A model generated the notes under the pieces. That model did no database searches, was not told the DNA's origin, and worked only from the letters and a program-made list of their open reading frames with translations. Made by a program: the position numbers and the translations under genes. Below, piece after piece: positions 1 through 8,308 of a stretch of 64,000 nt of DNA (its first letter is position 1; each line of letters opens with the position of its first letter). This stretch comes from Candidatus Dormiibacterota bacterium (lineage in GTDB: Bacteria; Chloroflexota; Dormibacteria; Aeolococcales; Aeolococcaceae): assembly GCA_036276135.1 (NCBI GenBank), contig DATBEL010000060.1, positions 3,066-67,065 of the forward strand, in the 5' to 3' direction.

Positions 1-98
1 TGGTGTTCTCGTTCGTCGTCTTCGCGGTGATGCCGTTCGCGGTGCTGCTGTTGGTCGGCCTGGTCTGGCTGGTGGCGCTGCTGATCGGCGCGTCCTGA
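1..98 (+). CDS. 3' end of a membrane-protein gene (partial, enters from window edge)
   Basis: Open frame from nt 3 reads VFSFVVFAVMPFAVLLLVGLVWLVALLIGAS then TGA at 96-98. It is a hydrophobic helix with G/C-rich third positions. Confidence 0.35.
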   Translation, partial: VFSFVVFAVMPFAVLLLVGLVWLVALLIGAS

Positions 99-109
99 GG
101 TGGTACGGA

Positions 110-910
110 CTAGTTGAGGGCAGCGCGGAGCCTGCCGGTGACCTCCTCGACCGCGACTCGGTCGGACGCATCCGCAGGCGCGAGGTCGAGGTAGTACCGC
201 AGGTCGGTGAGCGCAGCGCCGTTGTGTCCCGCCCGCCAGAGCAACAGGCCACGATCACGCCGCTCGGCGGGCTCGTCCGGGAGCAGGGCGACGCATCTGT
301 CGGCGGCGCGGAGCGCCATGTCCCAGCGTTGCATTGACGAGTAGCAGCCACGCAGGTTGCGAGACATGCGCGCAAGCATCACCCGAGAGCTGACGGGCTC
401 GAGCCATGACCGCTGCAGCTCGACCGGCTCGCTGCCGGTCGCCGTGGCCACCAGGCGGCGCGCTGCCTGCTCGTCCAGCACGTCGCCGTCGGATGGTTCG
501 GCGAGGACACCGTCCACGCGGACGCCGAAGTGACCCGGCAGGCCGATCCCCTCGACGTCGAGCCCCGCACGCCGGCCGACGGCGATCCACACCGCGGCGC
601 AGCTGATGGGAATGCCGGCGCCGCGTTGCAGGACGGTGTGCAGGTAGTGGGCACGTGGATCGCCGCCGCCGCTGCGGCGCAGCCCCACGCGTTCACGGAG
701 CACCGCATGGACGATCCCGATCGCGTCGCTGCCGCGGCTTCCGTTGAGCCGGGTCCTGGCGCCCGCGGCGAGCTCGTCGAGCACGCGAAGCGCCCCCGGC
801 ACGTCAACCTCCGAACAATCCTCGGCAGCGAGCCAGAGGGCCCCTTCGGCGATGTCGCCACGTGGGTTGGCGGCACAGGCGAGGAGCGCACGGCGCGGAT
901 CCGGTTCCAT
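110..910 (-). CDS. SirB1/UPF0162-like transglutaminase-like plus TPR protein
   Basis: ORF 110..1108 trimmed to internal ATG at 910 (MEPDPRRALLACAANPRGDIAEGALWLAAED...). The layout is SirB1-N-like followed by a TPR-like C-terminus (DMALRAADRCVALLPDEPAERRDRGLLLWRAG). Confidence 0.7.
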   Translation of the reverse strand: MEPDPRRALLACAANPRGDIAEGALWLAAEDCSEVDVPGALRVLDELAAGARTRLNGSRGSDAIGIVHAVLRERVGLRRSGGGDPRAHYLHTVLQRGAGIPISCAAVWIAVGRRAGLDVEGIGLPGHFGVRVDGVLAEPSDGDVLDEQAARRLVATATGSEPVELQRSWLEPVSSRVMLARMSRNLRGCYSSMQRWDMALRAADRCVALLPDEPAERRDRGLLLWRAGHNGAALTDLRYYLDLAPADASDRVAVEEVTGRLRAALN

Positions 911-995
911 GACGGCGCAATGATGCACCGTGACGCACCCACGCCCGCTGCCGTTCGCAGGAGGGTTACATCGCAACCGTTGGTAGACTGGGCCG

Positions 996-2876
996 ATGCT
1001 CCTCGAGGAGATCTCCGGCCCGGAGGACCTCCGGGCCCTCGGCACCAACGATCTCGATCGACTCTGCGCTGAGATCCGAGAGCGGCTGATCAATGCCGTC
1101 GCCCGCACCGGCGGTCACCTCGGTCCCAACCTCGGTGTCGTCGAGCTCACCGTGGCGATGCACCGCGTCTTCGACTCCCCACGCGACCGCATCGTCTTCG
1201 ACACCGGTCACCAGGCGTACGTCCACAAGATGCTCACCGGCCGAGCCGATCTCTTCGACACGCTGCGCCAGCACGGCGGCATGAGCGGTTACCCGTCGCG
1301 TGCGGAGTCCAAGCACGACATCGTCGAAAACTCGCACGCGTCCACCGGCCTCAGCTACGCGCTCGCCCTGGCGACGGCACGAGAGTTGCGCGGGGAGCAC
1401 GGCAAGGTGGTGTGCGTCATCGGCGACGGCGCGCTCACCGGCGGTATGGCGTACGAGGCGCTCAACAACATCGGCCAGCGTCAGCCCGAGATGATCATCA
1501 TCCTCAACGACAACGGTCGCTCCTACGCGCCCACCGTGGGTGGCATCGCCGAGAACCTCGGCCAGCTGCGCCTGTCACCGAAGTACGAGCGCGCCAAGCT
1601 GGCGGCGGGCCAGACACTGCGCCAGCTCCCGGTGGTCGGCCAGTCGGCGTATGGCGCGGCCAAGCGGATGAAGGACTCGCTGAAACAGCTGGTGAGTCCG
1701 ATCTCGATCTTCGAGACACTGGGCCTCAAATACGGCGGCCCGATCGACGGCCACGACGTGCGCGCCCTCGAGAAGGCGATGCGCGATGCCGCCGCCTACC
1801 AGGGTCCGGTGGTGATCCACGTCGTCACCGACAAGGGCCACGGCTACGCGCCCGCGGTTGACGATGTCATCGACAAGTTCCACGGCGTGTCGAGCTTCGA
1901 TCCCAGCAGCGGCAGCTTCTCCAGCAAGCCGCCCGCCTGGACCGACGTGTTCGGCGAGGCGCTTCTCGAGGCTGCCGAAGAAGATGACCGCATCGTGGCG
2001 ATCACCGCGGCGATGGCGTCGTCGACGGGCCTGCTGCCGTTCGCGGCCCGATTCCCGGAGCGGTTCTTCGACGTCGGCATCGCCGAGCAGCACGCGGTCA
2101 CCTTCGCCGCCGGTCTTGCCATGCAGGGCATGCGACCCGTTGTGTGCATCTACTCCACCTTCCTGCAACGTGCGTTCGACCAGGTCACCTGCGACGTCGC
2201 CCTGCACAAGCTGCCCGTGACGTTCGTGCTCGACCGCGCCGGCATCACCGGCGACGACGGCGCCTCACACCACGGCATGCTCGACCTCGCCTACCTGCGG
2301 ATGATCCCGGGGATGACCGTCACGGCTCCGAGCTCGCCGGACGAGCTGCGGCTGCTGCTCGCCACAGCGCTGGCGCACGACGGTCCATTCGCGCTGCGCT
2401 ATCCGCGAGGCGCGGCGCCGCATGCAGGGACGGCGCGGATGCGCCCGATGTCCATCGCCACCATGAACGTCGTGCGCCACGGCGACGACATCGCCCTGCT
2501 GGCAGTTGGCAAGATGGTCGGCGTCGCCACCGCGGCGGCGGAGGTGCTCAACGCTGAGGGCATCGCGTGCACCGTCGTCGACGCGCGCTTCGTCAAGCCT
2601 CTCGACCCGGGCATCGCCGCGCTGGCAGCGCGACACCCCGCGGTGCTGACCATCGAGGACGGCACCGTCATCGGCGGCTTCGGCGACGCGGTGCTCGAGG
2701 CGCTGGCGGAAGCCGGCCTGTCGGTTCCGATCCGCCGCCTGGGTCTGCCTGACCGCTTCATCGAGCACGGCGCGCAACCGTTGCTGCTGCAGAAGTTCTC
2801 GCTCGACGTCGACGGTGTCACCGGGGCCGTGCGTCAGATGCTCAGCGAACGCCGTCCCAGCGTCCTGGCGGGGTAG
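996..2876 (+). CDS. dxs: 1-deoxy-D-xylulose-5-phosphate synthase
   Basis: 626 aa, ATG start. Has the typical DXS N-terminus (LRERLINAVARTGGHLGPNLGVVELTVAMHRVFDSPRDRIVFDTGHQAYVHKMLTGR), the TPP-binding GDGALTGGMAYEALNN, and transketolase-like middle and C domains. Confidence 0.97.
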   Translation: MLLEEISGPEDLRALGTNDLDRLCAEIRERLINAVARTGGHLGPNLGVVELTVAMHRVFDSPRDRIVFDTGHQAYVHKMLTGRADLFDTLRQHGGMSGYPSRAESKHDIVENSHASTGLSYALALATARELRGEHGKVVCVIGDGALTGGMAYEALNNIGQRQPEMIIILNDNGRSYAPTVGGIAENLGQLRLSPKYERAKLAAGQTLRQLPVVGQSAYGAAKRMKDSLKQLVSPISIFETLGLKYGGPIDGHDVRALEKAMRDAAAYQGPVVIHVVTDKGHGYAPAVDDVIDKFHGVSSFDPSSGSFSSKPPAWTDVFGEALLEAAEEDDRIVAITAAMASSTGLLPFAARFPERFFDVGIAEQHAVTFAAGLAMQGMRPVVCIYSTFLQRAFDQVTCDVALHKLPVTFVLDRAGITGDDGASHHGMLDLAYLRMIPGMTVTAPSSPDELRLLLATALAHDGPFALRYPRGAAPHAGTARMRPMSIATMNVVRHGDDIALLAVGKMVGVATAAAEVLNAEGIACTVVDARFVKPLDPGIAALAARHPAVLTIEDGTVIGGFGDAVLEALAEAGLSVPIRRLGLPDRFIEHGAQPLLLQKFSLDVDGVTGAVRQMLSERRPSVLAG

Positions 2877-2883
2877 CGGCGGG

Positions 2884-3294
2884 TTGGCTCACGAGGACGC
2901 CCTCGAGTTCCTGCGCCACAACCGTCGAGCCGTGCTGGCGACCCATCGCCGCGACGGTGGGGTGCAGCAGTCGCCGGTGCTCGCCGCGGTCGACGACCAC
3001 AACCGTGTTGTCATCAGCACCCGGACCGGGGCGGTCAAGACACGCAACCTCCGCCGCGATCCGCGCGCCAGCCTATGCCTTCTGAGCAGCGGCTTCTTCG
3101 GCGAGTGGTACAGCGTCGAGGGGCCGGTGGAGATCGTCGAGCTCCCCGACGCGATGGAACCGCTCGTCGATTACTACCGCCGGGTCACAGGCGAACATCC
3201 TGATTGGCAGGAGTATCGCTCCGCGATGGAGAGCGAGCGCCGTGTCCTGCTGCGCCTCACCGTCGAGCGCAGCGGCCCCCGCGTCCAGGGCTGA
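2884..3294 (+). CDS. PPOX-class (pyridoxamine 5'-phosphate oxidase fold) probable F420-dependent oxidoreductase
   Basis: In-frame TTG at 2884 lies just after the dxs stop. Sequence EFLRHNRRAVLATHRRDGGVQQSPVLAAVDDHNRVVISTRTGAVKTRNLRRDPRASL is typical of the PPOX split-barrel family. Confidence 0.78.
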   Translation: MAHEDALEFLRHNRRAVLATHRRDGGVQQSPVLAAVDDHNRVVISTRTGAVKTRNLRRDPRASLCLLSSGFFGEWYSVEGPVEIVELPDAMEPLVDYYRRVTGEHPDWQEYRSAMESERRVLLRLTVERSGPRVQG

Positions 3295-3351
3295 GCCACC
3301 AATCCTGGTGGCGGCTACTCTCGCAGAACCCTTCGGCGGTACCGTTGGTGC

Positions 3352-3729
3352 ATGGAACCCGAAGAGGACGGTGGTGCCGAGCTCGCCGCCGAGGATATCC
3401 GGGCGGTGCTCGAGAGCAAGCGCGCGGAGTTGCTCCGCAGGATCGCGGAGTTCGGTGCTAGCGATCCCGCTGAGACCTCGAACCTCAACTTCGGCAAGCG
3501 GATCGGCGACGGCACGACGTACGCGGTGGAGCGGATGACGGGCGCCTACCAGGCGAGCACGCTCTTCGAGACCGTCAGGGAGATCGATAGGGCGCTTGAG
3601 CTGCTCGACGCCGGCACGTACGGCCGCTGCACTGCCTGCGGTCGGCGGATCCCCGAGGAACGGCTGGCCGCCCTTCCCTGGGCCGCGCTCTGCGTTCCGT
3701 GCCGCAGCGCGCGGCCCAGGTCGCCCTAG
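3352..3729 (+). CDS. DksA/TraR-family C4 zinc-finger protein
   Basis: 125 aa, ATG start. It has a coiled-coil N-half and the C-terminal CTACGRRIPEERLAALPWAALCVPC four-Cys finger. Confidence 0.85.
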   Translation: MEPEEDGGAELAAEDIRAVLESKRAELLRRIAEFGASDPAETSNLNFGKRIGDGTTYAVERMTGAYQASTLFETVREIDRALELLDAGTYGRCTACGRRIPEERLAALPWAALCVPCRSARPRSP

Positions 3730-3947
3730 CGGGCTGCGGTGCGACGCCGCTCAGAGAGCGGGTGCGCGTAGGGGCGGCGGTTGCGTGTGGCGCCAGGTCG
3801 CGGCGCGACACTGGCCGTCACCAGAGCGGCGACGGCGCCGCACCAGTCAGCTTCCTCGTCGACCTGTCCCTCTGCTGTCGAGGCATCGACGAGGCCGCCT
3901 GACGACATCACTGCGGGCGGGTCGAGAAGATCGATGGGAACTGCCAT
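3726..3947 (-). CDS. hypothetical small protein (73 aa)
   Basis: ATG is preceded by GGAGGAG (rc of 3951-3957). Third-position GC is moderately high and no family is recognised. It is convergent with, and overlaps by 4 nt, the DksA-like gene. Confidence 0.3.
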   Translation of the reverse strand: MAVPIDLLDPPAVMSSGGLVDASTAEGQVDEEADWCGAVAALVTASVAPRPGATRNRRPYAHPLSERRRTAAR

Positions 3948-4195
3948 AGGCTCCTCCGGTCGTGTGGGGGTGGGCTGCTACGGCTCCACCCTACGAGCGC
4001 TCGGGGCGCGAATGCAAACTCCGCGGACGCCTCGATGCCGACGGGTTTTCAGGATCCCTGGCTGGGCTTCGTACTCAGCACGCCGCTGTCGCGGCGTGCT
4101 TCGTGCGACGCCGTCGCTACGTCGGGATGGGAACCTTCGTTCCCGTCCCTCCTCCGCTAGGCGTCGTACCACGGTACGACTTGCTCGCTCGGTCG

Positions 4196-4221
4196 GTCGA
4201 AGAGCCATGCGGCTCTTCGAC
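4196..4221 (-). terminator. hairpin 10 nt downstream of glnA stop (11-bp perfect stem GTCGAAGAGCC/GGCTCTTCGAC, loop ATGC)
   Basis: Inverted repeat read directly from the sequence. There is no U-tract, as is common in high-GC actinobacteria. Confidence 0.5.
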
Positions 4222-4230
4222 CTTCCTCAC

Positions 4231-5724
4231 TCACGCGTCGTAGTACAAAAAGAACTCGTAGGGGTGCGGACGCAACGCGATGGGATCGACCTCGCTCTCG
4301 CGCTTGTAGGCGATGTACGTGTCGATGAGGTCGGAGGTGAAGACCCCGCCGCGGAGCAGGAACTCCTGGTCGCTCTCGAGAGCGTCGAGCACCTCGGAGA
4401 GGGAGCCGGGCAGGTCATGCACGCGTTCGGCCTCGCGACCTTCGAGCTCGTAGAGGTCCGCGTCGACGGGCACGGGTGGCTCGATCTTGTTCTGGATGCC
4501 GTCGAGGCCCGCCATCAGCATCGCCGAGAAGGCCAGGTAGGGGTTGCACATCGGGTCGGGCGAGCGGAACTCGAGGCGCCGGGCCGCCGGCTTGTCGCTG
4601 TAGGTGGGGATGCGAACACACGCGCTGCGGTTGCGCGCGCTGTAGGCGAGCTTGATGGGCGCTTCGTAGCCAGGCACCAGCCGCCGGTAGCTGTTCGTGG
4701 TCGGCGCGGCGAAGGCCAGCACCGCCGGCGCGTGCTTGAGCAGTCCGCCGATGTACCAGCGCGCGGTCTCGCTGAGCAATGCATAGCCGCCGGCGTCGTA
4801 GAAGAGCGGCTCGTCGCCGTTCCACAGCGACTGGTGGGTGTGCATCCCGCTGCCGTTGTCACCGAACAGCGGCTTGGGCATGAAGGTCGCGGTGTACCCC
4901 TCGCGATAGCACACGCTCTTGACGATGTACTTGTACTGCAGCACCTTGTCGGCCATCGACACCAGGGTGTCGAAGCGCATGTCGATCTCCGCCTGGCCCG
5001 CGGTGCCGACCTCGTGGTGATGCACCTCGATGTCGATCCCGGACTCGATCATGGCGAGCACGATGCGGCTGCGCAGGTCCTGCTGCTTGTCCACCGGTGG
5101 CACCGGGAAGTAGCCACCCTTCAACTTGGGTCGATAGCCGAGGTTGGCGGTGCCGTTCTTGCCGGTGTTCCACACTCCCTCGTCGGAGTCGATGAAGTAG
5201 TAGCCCTCGTGGGTGTTCTGGTCGTAGCGGACCGAGTTGAAGATGTAGAACTCGGCCTCCGGACCCCAGTAGGAGGTGTCGGCGATCCCCGACCTGCGCA
5301 GGTACTCCTCGGCTTTGCGGGCCACGTACCGCGGGTCACGGCTGTAGGGCTGCCGCGTGATCGGGTCGGCGATGTCGCAGACCACCACCATGGTCGGCAC
5401 TTCCAGGACCGGGTCGAGGAACGCGCGGGCCGGGTCGGGGAAGAGCAGCATGTCGCTCTCGTGGATCTTCTGGAAGCCGCGAATGCTCGAGCCATCGAAG
5501 CCGATGCCCGCCTCGAACACGGACTCGGTGAGCTCGCTGACAGGGACGCTGAAGTGCTGCCACGTGCCGGGTAGGTCGGTGAAGCGGAAATCGACCATCT
5601 TCACCCCCAATTCCTTGGCGCGACTGATCACCTGCTCGGGACTGGGCGAGGAGACGGCGGTCGGGGACATCCTGGACGACACCTCTGTTGTGAACCTGGT
5701 GGCTACCGACTCGTCGATCGCCAT
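4231..5724 (-). CDS. glnA: glutamine synthetase type I
   Basis: 497 aa with GSI beta-grasp and catalytic domains (FDGSSIRGF, GYFPVPPVD, HHHEVGTAGQAEID, FMPKPLFGDNGSGMHTHQSLW, YSARNRSACVRIP). ATG 5724 is preceded by GGAGGAAGGAG. An alternative ATG lies at 5670. Confidence 0.95.
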   Translation of the reverse strand: MAIDESVATRFTTEVSSRMSPTAVSSPSPEQVISRAKELGVKMVDFRFTDLPGTWQHFSVPVSELTESVFEAGIGFDGSSIRGFQKIHESDMLLFPDPARAFLDPVLEVPTMVVVCDIADPITRQPYSRDPRYVARKAEEYLRRSGIADTSYWGPEAEFYIFNSVRYDQNTHEGYYFIDSDEGVWNTGKNGTANLGYRPKLKGGYFPVPPVDKQQDLRSRIVLAMIESGIDIEVHHHEVGTAGQAEIDMRFDTLVSMADKVLQYKYIVKSVCYREGYTATFMPKPLFGDNGSGMHTHQSLWNGDEPLFYDAGGYALLSETARWYIGGLLKHAPAVLAFAAPTTNSYRRLVPGYEAPIKLAYSARNRSACVRIPTYSDKPAARRLEFRSPDPMCNPYLAFSAMLMAGLDGIQNKIEPPVPVDADLYELEGREAERVHDLPGSLSEVLDALESDQEFLLRGGVFTSDLIDTYIAYKRESEVDPIALRPHPYEFFLYYDA

Positions 5725-5857
5725 GCGCTCCTTCCTCCGATGGTCGGCTGCCGGTCACGCGGAGGGCTGGGACCGCTGGGCGTGGGCCGGATTGTCAGGC
5801 TTCAGGCTAGCCTCATGACGGCGGTGGTCACTATGGACAGCGCACCCGAGAGGGGCA

Positions 5858-5907
5858 GCCGCGACCTTGTGTAGGGCGCACAAAGGCCCGGGCCGCCAGG
5901 TCGCGGC
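5858..5907 (-). terminator. long hairpin at the ferredoxin gene stop (10-bp outer stem GCCGCGACCT/AGGTCGCGGC enclosing an inner TTGTG-N7-CACAA dyad)
   Basis: Inverted repeats read directly from the sequence. It could alternatively be a regulatory site upstream of glnA. Confidence 0.35.
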
Positions 5908-6194
5908 TAGGCCACCGGCTTGATCTCGTTCACCTGCTCGCGGGCGGCGCCCTTGTCCTTGAAGTAGATCTTGTTGATCAGGGTGAAGGGCTGCTGCGGG
6001 GCGGGCACGTCCTCCTCGGCGAAGATGGCGTCGACCGGGCACGGGTCGACGCAGGCTCCGCAGTCGATGCACTCGTCGGGGTCGATGTAGACCATGCGGT
6101 CATCGTCGACCTCGTGGATGCAGTCGACCGGACAGACCTCGATGCACGACTTGTCCTTGAGGTCGACGCAGGTCTCCGTGACGACGTAGGTCAT
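5907..6194 (-). CDS. fdxA: ferredoxin, two-cluster (7Fe FdxA-like)
   Basis: 95 aa. [27 protein letters not shown] ... [17 protein letters not shown] gives the CxxxxxxCxxxCP and CxxCxxCxxxCP cluster motifs. Confidence 0.9.
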   Translation of the reverse strand: MTYVVTETCVDLKDKSCIEVCPVDCIHEVDDDRMVYIDPDECIDCGACVDPCPVDAIFAEEDVPAPQQPFTLINKIYFKDKGAAREQVNEIKPVA

Positions 6195-6244
6195 GACTGC
6201 CCGAGTGTAACGCGAGCGATCCTTAGCCCGACCTAACCGTCAGC

Positions 6245-6271
6245 GCGAGGGGGGATGTGCTCCCCCCTCGC
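6245..6271 (-). terminator. hairpin 3 nt downstream of the PII gene stop (10-bp perfect stem GCGAGGGGGG/CCCCCCTCGC, 7-nt loop)
   Basis: Inverted repeat read directly from the sequence. Confidence 0.55.
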
Positions 6272-6273
6272 CG

Positions 6274-6642
6274 CTAATGGCCCCAGTGCTCTGGTGCCAG
6301 GTGGCGGACGATGGCGTCGCCGCGCTCGCCGCTGCGGATCCGCACCGCGTCGTCGACGGGGAGCACGAAGATCTTGCCGTCACCGACCTCGCCGGTTCCC
6401 GCCGCGCCGCTGATGGCGCGGAGCACCCCGTCCACCAACGAGTCGCCCACCACCGTCTCCACCTTGATCTTTCGCTGCAGTGAGATGTTGGCCCTGGCTC
6501 CCCGGTATGTCTCAGTGTAGCCTCGCTGCGCTCCGCAGCCCATCACCTCGGTGATGGTCAGCCCGGACGCGCCGAGCGCGTCCATGGCGTCCTGCACTGC
6601 CTGCAACTTCTCGGGCCGGATGATCGCCTCGACCTTCTTCAC
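6274..6642 (-). CDS. glnK: nitrogen regulatory protein P-II
   Basis: These are the last 122 codons of ORF 6274..8046. A GTG start at 6642 overlaps the amtB stop as GTGA. Sequence VKKVEAIIRPEKLQAVQDAMDALGASGLTITEVMGCGAQRGYTETYRGA contains the T-loop YRG. Confidence 0.93.
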   Translation of the reverse strand: MKKVEAIIRPEKLQAVQDAMDALGASGLTITEVMGCGAQRGYTETYRGARANISLQRKIKVETVVGDSLVDGVLRAISGAAGTGEVGDGKIFVLPVDDAVRIRSGERGDAIVRHLAPEHWGH

Positions 6643-8189
6643 GATGGGACTCCATCTGCGGTGGGTACGTGGTCCTCCGAGAGTACGTGCTCGGCTGCGG
6701 GTGCGGGGTCTGTGCCGGGTGGGTGGTCGCCGCCGGCCACCAGCGCACCCACCAGGTGACGCGCCGGCTCGGCGACCGCGTCGGGGTGGATATACGCTCC
6801 CCCGGGCACCGGCATGAACTGCTCGGGGTAGCCCCACATGCCGTGCTCGCTGATGTCGAGGCCGTCGATCTCGTGGCGCTCGCTGACGCGCAGCCCGACG
6901 GTCTTCTTGATCGCCCAGAACAGGCCATAGCTGAGCGCGAACACGGTGACGAAGGCAGCGCCGACGGCCGCACCCTGGGCTCCGAGCTGCTTGAAGCTGC
7001 CGGTGTAGACGAGGCCGCCCTGGCCGACACCGTTGAAGGTGGCCAGCTGCGGGTCGGTGAACAGCCCGCAGGACAGCGTGCCCCAGATGCCGGCCAGGCC
7101 GTGAGCGCTCAGCGCGCCGACAGGGTCGTCGATCCACTTGTCGATGGCGATGACGCCGAACACCACGATCACCCCCGCGACCCCGCCGATGATGACCGCT
7201 GCCCACGGCTGAACGTACCCGCTCGGGGCGGTGATGGCGACCAGCGCCGCGATCGCGCCGTTGCCGATCATGCCGACGTCGAGTGCCTTCTGCAGCCGGT
7301 AGATGGTGGCCATCGCGGCCAGCGCACCGGCCGCCGCGGCCAGGTTGGTGGTGATCACGACGTCGGCGAAATGCAGGTTGGTTGCGTTCAGCGTCGAGCC
7401 GGGGTTGAAGCCGAACCAGCCGAACCAGAGGATGATCACGCCCAGCTGAGCCAGCGGCATGTTGTGCCCTGGGATCGCATTGGGCTTGCCGTCCCGCGAA
7501 TACTTGCCGATGCGCGGGCCCAGGAGCAGAAGGCCCGCGAACCCCGCGGTGGCGCCGGTCAGGTGAACGACCGTCGAGCCGGCGAAGTCCTGCGCGCCGA
7601 GCGTGGTCATCAGCCAGCCGCCGCCGAACAACCAGTGGCTGATCATCGGGTAGATGAAGCCGGCAAACGGGATGGCAAAGAGGATGTAGACGATGAACCT
7701 GGTGCGCTCGAGCATGGTGCCCCAGACGATCGCCAGCGAGACTGCGCAGAACACGAACTCGAAGAAGAACTTCGCGGCCGCGGGGGCCGTGGACGCGGCG
7801 TTGAGGACTGGCAGGTTCATCGCCGAGCCGGGATGGAAGGACGGCGCGAAACCGGTCACCCCGATGATGCTGTTGGTGAAACCCGTGGCCGCCCCGAACG
7901 CGAAGGCAAAGCCGCAGACCCAGTACACGATCGAGCTGATGCTCAGGTTGACGATGACCTTGGCGACCACAGTGCCCACGTTCTTCATGCGGGTGAAGCC
8001 GACCTCGAGCATGGCGAAGCCGGCCTGCATGAAGAGCACGAAGCACGCCGCGACGATGACCCAGACGGTGTCCGCGGCGATCCCGGCGGCCTGGGTGGCG
8101 GTGGCGTCGGCGGCGTGCGCGGTCAGGGGCAGCGTGGCGAGCGCAGCCGCGGCCGCGATGGCGATTCTGATCCGGGTTCGTCGGTGCAA
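6639..8189 (-). CDS. amtB: ammonium transporter
   Basis: Amt/MEP signature FVLFMQAGFAMLEVGF and 11-12 hydrophobic helices. I prefer the TTG at 8189 because AGGAGG lies 6 nt upstream; the ORF track starts at TTG 8222. Has a signal-peptide-like N-terminus and a roughly 60-aa C-terminal extension. Confidence 0.92.
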   Translation of the reverse strand: MHRRTRIRIAIAAAAALATLPLTAHAADATATQAAGIAADTVWVIVAACFVLFMQAGFAMLEVGFTRMKNVGTVVAKVIVNLSISSIVYWVCGFAFAFGAATGFTNSIIGVTGFAPSFHPGSAMNLPVLNAASTAPAAAKFFFEFVFCAVSLAIVWGTMLERTRFIVYILFAIPFAGFIYPMISHWLFGGGWLMTTLGAQDFAGSTVVHLTGATAGFAGLLLLGPRIGKYSRDGKPNAIPGHNMPLAQLGVIILWFGWFGFNPGSTLNATNLHFADVVITTNLAAAAGALAAMATIYRLQKALDVGMIGNGAIAALVAITAPSGYVQPWAAVIIGGVAGVIVVFGVIAIDKWIDDPVGALSAHGLAGIWGTLSCGLFTDPQLATFNGVGQGGLVYTGSFKQLGAQGAAVGAAFVTVFALSYGLFWAIKKTVGLRVSERHEIDGLDISEHGMWGYPEQFMPVPGGAYIHPDAVAEPARHLVGALVAGGDHPPGTDPAPAAEHVLSEDHVPTADGVPS

Positions 8190-8308
8190 CGGCGTCCTCC
8201 TCGGCGTAACGGCTTTGCGCAAGCCTAGGAAGGCCGGGTCAGATGGTTCGATGCGCGCGACGCCACAAGATTTGTGCCGCGCCCTTGTGCGTCGAGCCCA
8301 AGCTCAGT

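Noticed and set aside
3781-5574. 597-aa ORF on the + strand
   Set aside because: It is entirely antisense to the well-supported glnA. The translation is Arg/Ala/Gly-rich low-complexity sequence typical of shadow ORFs in GC-rich DNA, with no recognisable domain.
8190-8222. amtB start at TTG 8222
   Set aside because: TTG 8189 has a perfect AGGAGG 6 nt upstream and still leaves a normal signal-peptide-like N-terminus. The longer form cannot be excluded without N-terminal data.
6669-8228. 519-aa + strand ORF and the 590-aa minus-strand ORF 6274..8046
   Set aside because: Both overlap amtB. Only the amtB frame gives a polytopic Amt-type protein. Of ORF 6274..8046, only the last 122 codons (the P-II protein, from GTG 6642) are real.
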